From contig NC_010296.1 in the NCBI RefSeq assembly GCF_000010625.1, positions 3,360,001 to 3,392,000 of the forward strand: DNA of 32,000 bases. Direction: 5' to 3'. Position numbers and translations under genes: made by a program. The notes beneath the pieces are model-generated. The model worked only from the letters and a program-made list of their open reading frames with translations, did not search any database and was not told the origin of the DNA. This stretch comes from Microcystis aeruginosa NIES-843. Its GTDB lineage: Bacteria; Cyanobacteriota; Cyanobacteriia; Cyanobacteriales; Microcystaceae. Below, one piece after another: positions 22,813 through 31,658 of this stretch (positions are counted from its first letter, which is position 1; the number at the start of each line of letters is the position of its first letter).

Positions 22813-25800
22813 TCATGACCAAATCTTCTTAGTCCGATAATTTTTTGTACCAATCCCATCACACAAACCCCTATCCTCCTCCCTAACATCAGAATTAGGA
22901 TTGTGCAAATAAACCCGCACCCAATCGCAACTACGCCCCATTAAAGCATCTAAATTCAATAAATTCGAGTCTGTTTCTACCTTCCAGAGTTTGATAGTGT
23001 TGTCCCAACTACCGCTCACCAAAGTCTTGCCGTTGGGACTAAAATTAACGCTTCTGACACGGCTATTATGCCCATGGAGGGTACGGATTTCTTGGCGTTT
23101 TTCTACATTCCAGAGTTTGATAGTTTTGTCATCACTACCGCTCACCAAAGTCTTGCCGTTAGGACTAAAATTAACGCTTCTGACAGGACCATCATGCCCC
23201 TTGAAGGTGTGGATTTCTTGGCGTTTTTCTACATCCCAGAGTTTGATAGTCTTATCATAACTACCGCTCACCAAAGTCTCGCCGTTGGGACTAAAATTAA
23301 CGCTTCTGACACGGTCATGATGCCCCTCGAAGGTGTGGATTTCTTCGCCTGTCTCTACATTCCAGAGTGTGATAGTCTTGTTATCACTACCGCTCACCAA
23401 AGTCTTGCCGTCGGGACTAAAATTAACGCTTCTGACACGGCCATCATGCCCCTGGAAGCCATGGAAGGTGGGGATTTCCTTGCCTGTTTTTACATTCCAG
23501 AGTTTGATAGTACCGTCCCAACTACCGCTCACCAAAGTCTCGCCGTTGGGACTAAAATTAACGCTTCTGACAAGGCCACCATGCCCCTTGAGGGTGTGGA
23601 TTTTTTTGCCTGTTTTTACATCCCAGAGTATGATAGTCTTGTCATCACTACCGCTCACCAAAGTCTTGCCGTCGCGACTAAAATTAACGCTTCTGACAGG
23701 GTAATCATGCCCATGGAGGGTGCGGATTTCTTCGCCTGTTTTTACATCCCAGAGCTTGATAGTCCCGTCATCACTACCGCTCACCAAAGTCTTGCCCTCG
23801 TCAGGATTAAACTCAACGCTATTGACAAGGTCATCATGCCCCTTGAGGGTTTGGACTATTTCTACATTCCAGAGTTTGATAGTCCCGTCATCACTACCGC
23901 TCACCAAAGTCTTGCCCTCGTCAGGACTAAAATTAACGCTCCAGACAGGGCCTTCATGCCCCTTGAGGGTGAGGATTTCTTGGCCTGTTGACTCATTCCA
24001 GAGTTTGATGGTGTTGTCCCAACTACCGCTCACCAAAGTCTTGCCGTCGCGACTAAAATTAACGCTTCTGACACGGCTATTATGCCCCTTGAGGGTGCGG
24101 ATTTCTTGGGGTTTTTCTACATTCCAGAGTTTGATAGTCTTGTCACCACTACCGCTCACCAAAGTCTTACCGTCGTGACTAAAATTAACGCTATAGACAG
24201 GGCCACCATGCCCCTTGAGGGTACGGATTTCTTGGCCTGTTTCTACATTCCAGAGTTTGATAGTCTTGTCACCACTACCGCTCACCAAAGTCTTGCCGTT
24301 GCGACTAAAATTAACGCTATAGACAGGGCCTTCATGCACCTTGAGGGTGCGGATTTCTTGGGGTTTTTCTACATCCCAGAGTTTGATAGTTTTGTCATCA
24401 CTACCGCTCACCAAAGTCTTGCCGTCACGACTAAAATTAACGCTATAGACAGTGCCACCATGCCCCTTGAGGGTACGGATTTCTTGGCCTGTTTCTACAT
24501 TCCAGAGTTTGATAGTTTTGTCATCACTACCGCTCACCAAAGTCTTGCCGTCACGACTAAAATTAACGCTATAGACAGGGCCACCATGCCCCTTGAGGGT
24601 ACGGATTTCTTGGCCTGTTTCTACATTCCAGAGTTTGATAGTTTTGTCATCACTACCGCTCACCAAAGTCTTGCCGTCACGACTAAAATTAACGCTATGG
24701 ACATAGCTACCATGCCCTTCTAAGCGATTGCGTTCACTTTTCCGGTTGAGAAGTTCCTGTAAGGCATTCATCACCTCCTTGTCGGATGCCTGCTGCTTTT
24801 GTAGAGTTTTTCCTGCCTTAATTGCTTCAACGAAAGCATCTAATTCTTTTCCTCTATCAAACAAAGACAAGGAAGAAAACCCGCGAGCATTTGCCAGATT
24901 GAGTTCCGCTTGTTGTGTTTGTTTCCAAGCCATCAAACCCAATCCCGTACTAACCACCACCGCCACCAAGGAACCCGCCGCAATCCCCCAAGCGGTTCTA
25001 ATTTCGCGCCGCCTGCGGGCTGCTTCGGCTTGTTTTATCCGTTCTCGCTCCTGGAGACTCTGCCTGATAAAATCCTGTTCACTTTGGCTGATATCTTCTG
25101 GGCGTTGCCTCAATTGTTCTTCTGCCTCTGCCAACGCCGCCCCGCGCAACCATGAGCCTTCATCCCCTTGCGTCTTCTGCCATTGCCCCATCGCCCCCCG
25201 CAAACGCTCTTGCCAAGCGCGAAAAACCCTGTCTGTATCCATCCAGCCCCGCAATTCCCCCCAATTGCGAATCAGTGCTTCATGCACCACTTCCACCGTC
25301 TCCACCTGTGCCTCTTCACTGCGACTGGTGACAACTAAACGCGCATCCGCCAATTGTTTCACCAGCGCCCAATTTACCGCCCCCAATTCCGCTTTTGTCG
25401 CCAGCCGCCGCGTATCTTCTGTGCCTTCTCCTGGGCGCACCAATTGGATGAAAATGCGCCGCATCTGTTCCCGTTGCGCCTCACTCAGCTTGTCATATTC
25501 TTCATTGGCATGGCGGGCCAAAGCACCCTGCACTTGGCCAATTTCTGTATATGCCAGATGGGTTAACTGTTGGCCCTGTCGCCGCTGCCACAATTCCGTT
25601 AAGGCAAACTCTAGTAATGGCAAATTCCCCGGCTCACTCTCCACATCATCGAGGATGCGCTCCACCAGTCCCGCTTCAAATGTCACCCCCAATTTTTGCG
25701 CCGGTTTTTCAATAACTTCTGTGAGTTCTTCTCGGTTCATCGGCCCCAATTTCAAATCAGTATTTTGTAAGACATCGGCAAAGGGACGATAGGAAAGAGC

Positions 25801-26514
25801 ATTCCCCAAGAAATCCGCCCGCATAGTTAATACCAACACCATTCCTACCCTTTCAAAGGGGAATGTAGTTAATTTATCGAGAAAATTACGGCGGATTGTT
25901 TCATCAGGACAGAGGGTATAAAGTTCCTCAAATTGGTCGGCAATTAGCAGTACCCGTTCACTGGGATAATTGTGTTGGATTTGGGCAAAAACATCAGCTA
26001 AAGGAATGTCGCCATCACGCAAATAATTGGCTAACTGACGCGCTTGGGCGAGGCAGTCTGTCTCATTTAAATTAGTTGTATAAAGGGGAACTAATGCCAA
26101 AGCTAGGGCATGAAAAGGGTCAGAACCGGGACGAAAATGGGTAAACTGCCAGTGACCTTCTTGTTGCAATTTAGGGACTAATCCCGCAAAAACCACCGAG
26201 GATTTACCACTTCCCGACGCACCTAATAGGGGGATAAAATTACGGGTTTGGGTTGCCTGAAATAGGGTTTTAATAAAGCTTTTGCGCCCAAAAAAGTATT
26301 CTGCATCTCCTGGCCCAAAATGAAACAAGCCACGATAGGGACAGGGCAGTTTATCATCGGCAACATCGGCAGAATCAGCAGGGGCTATTCTTGCTTCTTC
26401 TCGATAATAGTAATTGGTAATCGTGATGGTTGCATTGCCAGTCCCAGAGGTAGCAGCATATTGAGCTTCTGTAATATTTTGTTGAATTTCGCTTGGTTCT
26501 GACATATCAACCAT
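22813..26514 (-). CDS. STAND/NLR-like P-loop ATPase + TM segment + 14 WD40 repeats, with a short N-terminal Gly/Asn/Thr-rich motif
   Basis: 1233-aa ORF. It has CPYRGLFHFGPGDAEYFFGRKSF followed by Walker A GASGSGKSS (26197-26223) and Walker B-like VLLIADQFEELY. From memory this matches the clade Aravind and colleagues called nSTAND1. A hydrophobic 24-mer TAWGIAAGSLVAVVVSTGLGLMAW lies at 24925-24996 after RRRREIR. From residue 600 there are 14 x ~42-aa WD40 units (GH..V.SVNFS.DGKTLVSGS.DKTIKLW). The C-terminal tail CDWVRVYL..NP......DR.LCDGI is common in cyanobacterial WD40 proteins. Confidence 0.9.
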   Translation of the reverse strand: MVDMSEPSEIQQNITEAQYAATSGTGNATITITNYYYREEARIAPADSADVADDKLPCPYRGLFHFGPGDAEYFFGRKSFIKTLFQATQTRNFIPLLGASGSGKSSVVFAGLVPKLQQEGHWQFTHFRPGSDPFHALALALVPLYTTNLNETDCLAQARQLANYLRDGDIPLADVFAQIQHNYPSERVLLIADQFEELYTLCPDETIRRNFLDKLTTFPFERVGMVLVLTMRADFLGNALSYRPFADVLQNTDLKLGPMNREELTEVIEKPAQKLGVTFEAGLVERILDDVESEPGNLPLLEFALTELWQRRQGQQLTHLAYTEIGQVQGALARHANEEYDKLSEAQREQMRRIFIQLVRPGEGTEDTRRLATKAELGAVNWALVKQLADARLVVTSRSEEAQVETVEVVHEALIRNWGELRGWMDTDRVFRAWQERLRGAMGQWQKTQGDEGSWLRGAALAEAEEQLRQRPEDISQSEQDFIRQSLQERERIKQAEAARRRREIRTAWGIAAGSLVAVVVSTGLGLMAWKQTQQAELNLANARGFSSLSLFDRGKELDAFVEAIKAGKTLQKQQASDKEVMNALQELLNRKSERNRLEGHGSYVHSVNFSRDGKTLVSGSDDKTIKLWNVETGQEIRTLKGHGGPVYSVNFSRDGKTLVSGSDDKTIKLWNVETGQEIRTLKGHGGTVYSVNFSRDGKTLVSGSDDKTIKLWDVEKPQEIRTLKVHEGPVYSVNFSRNGKTLVSGSGDKTIKLWNVETGQEIRTLKGHGGPVYSVNFSHDGKTLVSGSGDKTIKLWNVEKPQEIRTLKGHNSRVRSVNFSRDGKTLVSGSWDNTIKLWNESTGQEILTLKGHEGPVWSVNFSPDEGKTLVSGSDDGTIKLWNVEIVQTLKGHDDLVNSVEFNPDEGKTLVSGSDDGTIKLWDVKTGEEIRTLHGHDYPVRSVNFSRDGKTLVSGSDDKTIILWDVKTGKKIHTLKGHGGLVRSVNFSPNGETLVSGSWDGTIKLWNVKTGKEIPTFHGFQGHDGRVRSVNFSPDGKTLVSGSDNKTITLWNVETGEEIHTFEGHHDRVRSVNFSPNGETLVSGSYDKTIKLWDVEKRQEIHTFKGHDGPVRSVNFSPNGKTLVSGSDDKTIKLWNVEKRQEIRTLHGHNSRVRSVNFSPNGKTLVSGSWDNTIKLWKVETDSNLLNLDALMGRSCDWVRVYLHNPNSDVREEDRGLCDGIGTKNYRTKKIWS
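22945..24717. repeat. 126-bp coding tandem repeats (WD40 units), several nearly identical at DNA level
   Basis: The units at 24454-24579 and 24580-24705 are almost base-for-base identical. There are 14 units overall. They also create the long spurious antisense ORFs in the track (23068-23991, 24082-24723 and others). Confidence 0.9.
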
Positions 26515-26536
26515 CCTGATTAATTAAAATACAGTC

Positions 26537-26941
26537 TCAGTCATCCTTAGATGTGCCATGCTCGGTGATGCCGCTAATACTAGCATTACCCGTGCCAGAG
26601 GTAGCAGCATATTTAACATTACTGATATTTTGGGTGATAATTTGTTGTCCACCGGGTTGTTCTTGGAGCTTGTCTAGTAAATCTTGGGCTAATTTAGTGA
26701 TTTCATTATCTTTATCAACCCCCGCTTCGACAATTTTATCTTTTAACAAACCTTCAGCTTTCTTGATATCCTCTGGTTTTGCCTCTACCATTGCCTGTGC
26801 TAAAGCATCATTAGCAAACTTACGCTTAATCAAGGTTTTCAAACCTTGATATGTATCTTTAACGCCTTTTTCCGCCGTATCTTTAGCCGCAGCAACCGCA
26901 CCGGCAGTCAAGGCGGCGATAATCAGAGAAACTGGTTCCAT
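26537..26941 (-). CDS. Small helical protein with a hydrophobic N-terminal helix and a C-terminal motif shared with the downstream STAND ATPase (candidate Bell/HeLo-like effector)
   Basis: 134-aa ORF. Residues 3-19 (PVSLIIAALTAGAVAAA) are hydrophobic and Ala/Gly-rich. The middle is a Lys/Asp/Glu/Ala/Leu-rich sequence of helical character. The tail is QNISNVKYAATSGTGNASISGIT. The stop is 22 bp upstream of the STAND start on the same strand. Confidence 0.7.
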   Translation of the reverse strand: MEPVSLIIAALTAGAVAAAKDTAEKGVKDTYQGLKTLIKRKFANDALAQAMVEAKPEDIKKAEGLLKDKIVEAGVDKDNEITKLAQDLLDKLQEQPGGQQIITQNISNVKYAATSGTGNASISGITEHGTSKDD

Positions 26942-27201
26942 TGTTTGATACTCCCAATAAAATATTGCTGATTCAATCTTAGATCAAAACAATTTTTAAT
27001 AGTAAGCCAAATCGCAATCAGCTAGAGAACTGGAATTTCACGGCCAAGGCACTAAACCTTAAAATTATTACTATGTAGGATTTGCTGAATAAATGTGAAA
27101 TGTAGGCAAGGTAGGGGCTTTCTGGCTTTTCTCTGGAAACAGGTGCAAGATTTTGAGAGAATCGTGCTTCAAAACCTTGCGTCTTCATCGGCCCGCGTCC
27201 T

Positions 27202-27274
27202 GTAGGGGCGAAGCATTCGGGCAATAACCTATCGATGAAACCGTAGATTTTCTATCCGAATGCTTCGCCCGTAC
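27202..27274. repeat. Inverted repeat (19-bp arms, 1 mismatch, 35-nt spacer)
   Basis: GTAGGGGCGAAGCATTCGG (27202-27220) pairs with CCGAATGCTTCGCCCGTAC (27256-27274). It is intergenic, between the P-type ATPase 3' end and the start of the small protein/STAND operon. Confidence 0.6.
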
Positions 27275-27409
27275 TTTTTGCCGCAAACCCTATATAAGGA
27301 TCGTAGCTGAAAAAGCCAAACTACGGTTTTCCCTGTGGATGGGGTTTATCAGTTATCAGATTTGAGTTTTCAATTCACTGTTTACTGAACAATGAAAAAA
27401 ACTCCCTGA

Positions 27410-30196
27410 TTATCGCCGATGATACCAACGGGTAAATAATTTTTCTAACTCCACCCAAACGAATAATAAGGTACTAAATCCCAAACAGATTAATAATTCT
27501 TCTTTAGTTAAAAATTGAGTGCCGAAAAAATCCCGCAGGGCAGGAACATAGATTAACATCAGTTGAAAAATTGTCGTCAGGGTTACTGCTACCCAGAGAT
27601 AGGGATTAGTCAAAGGATTCATTTCTATGGTAAGATTATCGCTCGATCGCACGGAAATGGCATGACCCATCTGAGCTAAACAGAGAGTAGTAAAAACCAT
27701 AGTTTTCCATGAACCAGTATTACCAAAAAGCGGATCCAAGCGCACAGCGATTAACATTTGAGTGATATTAATAATCGAAAAAATAATCCCAATTCTCACG
27801 ATATAACTGCCCAAACCGCGAGCAAAAATACTTTCTTGGGGACTAAAAGGAGGGCGACGCATAATATTGGGAGAAGCGGGTTCCACTGCCAAAGCTAAAG
27901 CAGGTAAACCATCAGTAACTAAATTCATCCAGAGAATTTGTAGGGGAGTGAGAGGAGTAGCTAAACCCAAAAGAGGCGAAGCAGCGATAGTAATCACTTC
28001 CCCGATATTACTGCCGAGAATATATTTAATAAAACTGCGAATATTGTTATAAACCACTCGCCCTTCTTCCGTGGCAGCGACGATAGTGGCAAAATTATCA
28101 TCAAGGAGAATCATATCACTAGCCTCTTTGGTGACATCGGTGCCAGCGATTCCCATGGCAATGCCGATATCTGCTTGTTTCAGGGCCGGAGCATCATTCA
28201 CCCCATCTCCGGTCATAGCAACAAATTTACCCTTTTTTTGCAAGGCGCGGACAATGGTTAATTTATGTTCGGGGGAGACACGGGCATAGATGTTAGTTTT
28301 GTCAATGATGTTTTCTAGCTGAATTGGTGATAATTTATCTAATTCTCGCCCTGAGATGACTAAAGCTCCTGCTTGGGCAATACCAAGACTTTTAGCCACC
28401 GCTAGAGCGGTTAATTGATGATCGCCGGTGATCATGATTGGACGGATTCCCGCTTCTCGACACCTAGCCACGGCGATTTGTACCTCCGGTCGCGCTGCGT
28501 CGATCATACCGACCATTCCTAACCAAATTAGGGCATCTTCGCTGATTTCAGTTGATTCTGGCGGATAAATCAGGTTTTTATACGCTAATCCTAAGACTCG
28601 CAAACCCCTGTTAGCCATAGCATTGTTAGCGACTAAGACTTTTTCTTTTTCCCCATCCCCAAAAGGAAGACTTTCTAATCCCGATTGATAGGAGAGACAC
28701 TGTTCAAGGATTAATTCCGGGGAACCTTTGGTAAATAGTACGGGATTGACTCCTTGACAAATGACCGACATTCGCTTTCTTTGAGAAGAAAAGGGGATTT
28801 CAGCGATTCTAGGGAACTCTTGCTTGGTTAGGGATAAATTTAAGCCCGCTTTCGCCCCTAAAACTAATAAGGCTCCTTCCGTGGGATCGCCTAAAATGCT
28901 ATCGTGACCGTTATCGAGGTCTAAACTGGCATCGTTGCAGAGGATACTGGCAATTAAAAGATGATGTAATTCTAGATCGGTTTTGGGATCGATCGCCCGT
29001 TGCTCGGAGTCTAAAAATTGTCCTTTTGGGCTATATCCTTCCCCTGTCACCGAAAAATTGCGATTAATTGTCTCTATCTCCCGCACGGTCATTTTATTTT
29101 CCGTTAGCGTCCCAGTTTTGTCGGAACAGATCACATTAACGGAACCAAGGGTTTCTACTGCCGGCAGTTTACGAATCAAGGCCTGACGTTTGACCATGCG
29201 TTGGGTACCTAGGGCGAGAGTCAGGGTGATAACTGCGGGTAATCCTTCGGGAACGACGGCTACTGCCATACTAAGGGAAACTTCGACCAATTCCTCTAGG
29301 GCCGACCAACCGGCATTGATCAGGCCGATGGTAATAGTCAGGGCAACTAGAATGAGAGAACCAGCAACAAGGACATTACCCAAGTGAGTCATTCTTTTTT
29401 GGAGAGGAGTGGGTTCATTGCCGACTGTTGCTAACATTTGAGCGATTTTGCCTAATTCCGTTGTCATCCCCGTATTGGTAACGATGACCTTGGCCCGGCC
29501 TTGCAGTACCTCTGTTCCGGTAAAGACAAAATTTAAGCGATCGCCAAGGGGAGTATCCCTGTCTAAGGGGTCAATGGAGGCGGATTTATTAACACTATTT
29601 GCCTCTCCTGTCAAGGCCGATTCGCGAATTTGCAGGTTAAAAGCTTCGATAATTTGGCCGTCGGCGCTGATTTGGGTTCCCGCTTCAATCAGCATGATGT
29701 CCCCGGGGACAAGATTAACCGCATCTATTTCTCTGCGTTGACCCTCGCGAATAACATTAACTTGGGGAGAGGAGAGTTTTTTTAAAGCGGCCAGAGCTTT
29801 TTCGGCGCGACTTTCTTGCAGATAGCCGAGGATGCCATTGAGGATGACAATTGTTAAAATAGCGATCGTATCTTTGAAGGGAACACCAATTTTAGCCAGA
29901 TGACCGCGCTGTAATGCCAGTAAATCTAGTCCTCCGGAAATTATGGCCACGGCAATTAAGAGGAGGAGCATAATATTGGTAAACTGATCCAGGAGAATTT
30001 GCCAATTACTGCGCCCTGGACGTTCTTGTAGTTCATTTTTGCCATAATATTTAATTCTTTGGGCGATTTGCTCTCTATTGAGGCCATTAACAGCCGAACT
30101 ACCGAGGATAGATAGGGTGGTTTCCACCGGATAGGTATGCCAAGGTTGTTGCAAGTTAAGGCTAGAATGGGCAGAATAGTCGGCATTAGCGGCCAT
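27410..30196 (-). CDS. Cation-transporting P-type ATPase, type IIA (SERCA/PacL-like Ca2+-ATPase)
   Basis: 928-aa ORF with an N-terminal cation-ATPase-N region ([18 protein letters not shown]). It also has TGE (LTGEANSV), PEGLP ([17 protein letters not shown]), the phosphorylation site [17 protein letters not shown], and the hinge [21 protein letters not shown]. Ion specificity is inferred from the family only. Confidence 0.9.
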   Translation of the reverse strand: MAANADYSAHSSLNLQQPWHTYPVETTLSILGSSAVNGLNREQIAQRIKYYGKNELQERPGRSNWQILLDQFTNIMLLLLIAVAIISGGLDLLALQRGHLAKIGVPFKDTIAILTIVILNGILGYLQESRAEKALAALKKLSSPQVNVIREGQRREIDAVNLVPGDIMLIEAGTQISADGQIIEAFNLQIRESALTGEANSVNKSASIDPLDRDTPLGDRLNFVFTGTEVLQGRAKVIVTNTGMTTELGKIAQMLATVGNEPTPLQKRMTHLGNVLVAGSLILVALTITIGLINAGWSALEELVEVSLSMAVAVVPEGLPAVITLTLALGTQRMVKRQALIRKLPAVETLGSVNVICSDKTGTLTENKMTVREIETINRNFSVTGEGYSPKGQFLDSEQRAIDPKTDLELHHLLIASILCNDASLDLDNGHDSILGDPTEGALLVLGAKAGLNLSLTKQEFPRIAEIPFSSQRKRMSVICQGVNPVLFTKGSPELILEQCLSYQSGLESLPFGDGEKEKVLVANNAMANRGLRVLGLAYKNLIYPPESTEISEDALIWLGMVGMIDAARPEVQIAVARCREAGIRPIMITGDHQLTALAVAKSLGIAQAGALVISGRELDKLSPIQLENIIDKTNIYARVSPEHKLTIVRALQKKGKFVAMTGDGVNDAPALKQADIGIAMGIAGTDVTKEASDMILLDDNFATIVAATEEGRVVYNNIRSFIKYILGSNIGEVITIAASPLLGLATPLTPLQILWMNLVTDGLPALALAVEPASPNIMRRPPFSPQESIFARGLGSYIVRIGIIFSIINITQMLIAVRLDPLFGNTGSWKTMVFTTLCLAQMGHAISVRSSDNLTIEMNPLTNPYLWVAVTLTTIFQLMLIYVPALRDFFGTQFLTKEELLICLGFSTLLFVWVELEKLFTRWYHRR

Positions 30197-30315
30197 GGCA
30201 AGTCAAGATAGTTGATCTAGATAGATCTTAGCCGTTTCTTTCCCCGGTAACAGGAAAAAACAAATGTTTAAACTGGCTCTTCCTGCTCATAGACAGTCTT
30301 AACGAGTAATGTAGA

Positions 30316-30411
30316 TAAGTAGCTGGTTATAATTAAATTGAAGATAGATACCCCCTTAATCCCCCCTTGATAAGGGGGGTGTCTGAAAGTTTTTAACATC
30401 TACCTACTTAG
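30316..30411. mobile_element. MITE-like repeat, family A, copy 3 (shorter variant)
   Basis: taagtagctggttataattaaattgaagatagata...ccccccttgataaggggggtgtctgaaagtttttaacatctacctacttag. It has the same termini as 1902-2055 and lacks one internal G/C hairpin module. Confidence 0.7.
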
Positions 30412-30419
30412 TCAACAGC

Positions 30420-31547
30420 TTAGTAGGGCAAAGTAAACCAAAATTGTGAACCTTTTTCGTCATTATTCATAATGCCAATTTCGCCTCCGTGAGCATGGAT
30501 AATTTGACGACATAGATATAAACCTAGTCCTAAACTAATCTGATTATTATTATTGCCTCGTTGATAGCGATCAAATAATTGTTTTCTCTGGGTTTCGCTA
30601 ATTCCCACCCCATTATCGGCAATAGTACACCGGAGATAATTGCCCTCTAGTCTAGCGGATAAAGTGATAATTATTCCTTGGGGATTGTGTTTAAGAGCAT
30701 TGGCTAATAAATTCTCAAAAACTCGCCAGAGATGGTGAGCATCGGCATTAACTAAGGGTAAATCGGGGGAAAAATTATTAATTAAAGTTGCTTGATTTTC
30801 CTTTAATCTTAACTCCCATTCCTGACCGATTTGTTGACCGATTTCGTAGAGAGATAAAGGCTTTAGTTCTAGGGAAACTCCCCAAAGATCATTTTGTCGG
30901 GTTTCGACGAGAGAATCAATTAAAGTTAATTGTCGATCGCAACTGTTGGCCATCTGTTGTAAAATCTTCCGGGATACTTCTTTAGTTTCTCCCTGAGAAT
31001 TTTTAATTAAATTATTTAAGATCATTGACATCCCGATCACGGGATTGCGGAGATCGTGAGAGACAGCATGAAGATAAATTTCTAAAGTTTCCTCAGTTTT
31101 TTGACGTTCTTTAATTTCGTTTTGTAGTTGTTTTTTTTGACGAGAAATAGTTAATTGATTTTCGATGCGTGCCATCACTTCTTCCCCTTGAAAAGGTTTA
31201 GAAATATAATCAACACCTCCCACTTGAAAAGCTTTGACTTTATCTAAGACATCATCAAGAGCGCTGATAAAAATCACGGGAATTTCTCTGGTTTTTTCAT
31301 CAGCTTTTAACTGTTCACAAACTTGATAACCATTGAGATCGGGCATATTAATATCGAGGAGGATCAGGTCGGGAATTAGCGATCGCACTGTATTCAGGGC
31401 CATCTGTCCATTAATCGCTTTGCGTACCTGATAGCCCTTCTCGGTGAGCATAATCGACAATAGCCGCACATTATTGGGCAAATCATCGACAATTAAGACA
31501 CTAGGGCGCGGTGTGAGTTGAGTCATGCCGGTTATCTTATAACTCAA
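30420..31547 (-). CDS. Hybrid response-regulator receiver / histidine kinase (REC + HisKA + HATPase_c)
   Basis: 375-aa ORF. The receiver is VLIVDDLPNNV...DLILLDINMPDLNG...PVIFISA...K. The H-box is LHAVSHDLRNPV. The N box is ENLLANALKHNP. The G boxes are DNGVGI and GLGLGLYLCRQII..HGG. Confidence 0.9.
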   Translation of the reverse strand: MSYKITGMTQLTPRPSVLIVDDLPNNVRLLSIMLTEKGYQVRKAINGQMALNTVRSLIPDLILLDINMPDLNGYQVCEQLKADEKTREIPVIFISALDDVLDKVKAFQVGGVDYISKPFQGEEVMARIENQLTISRQKKQLQNEIKERQKTEETLEIYLHAVSHDLRNPVIGMSMILNNLIKNSQGETKEVSRKILQQMANSCDRQLTLIDSLVETRQNDLWGVSLELKPLSLYEIGQQIGQEWELRLKENQATLINNFSPDLPLVNADAHHLWRVFENLLANALKHNPQGIIITLSARLEGNYLRCTIADNGVGISETQRKQLFDRYQRGNNNNQISLGLGLYLCRQIIHAHGGEIGIMNNDEKGSQFWFTLPY

Positions 31548-31658
31548 ACTGTTTAAATAAAGTGTATAAAAAAACAGGGGCTTGCCGAAAAAGTTTTTCC
31601 TGGGGGCAGCGTGTCGGGTGGGACAAGCGAGAAAGTCTCGTTACTCTACAGCGATCGC

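Noticed and set aside
23068-24723. Long plus-strand ORFs (307, 213, 152, 123 and 89 aa) across the WD40 region
   Set aside because: They are antisense to the 1233-aa gene. They are periodic only because the 126-bp WD40 units repeat. They encode low-complexity repeats (TTAHQSLAV...KINASD) with no start context. The WD40 frame on the minus strand is unambiguous.
24728-25792. 354-aa plus-strand ORF
   Set aside because: It is antisense to the STAND NTPase region, which has clear Walker motifs. Its Ser/Arg/Cys/Ala-rich composition is typical of a non-coding antisense frame.
27018-27224. 68-aa ORF in the intergenic region upstream of the small-protein/STAND operon
   Set aside because: It overlaps the inverted-repeat element. 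It shows no RBS or motif and has repeat-derived sequence.
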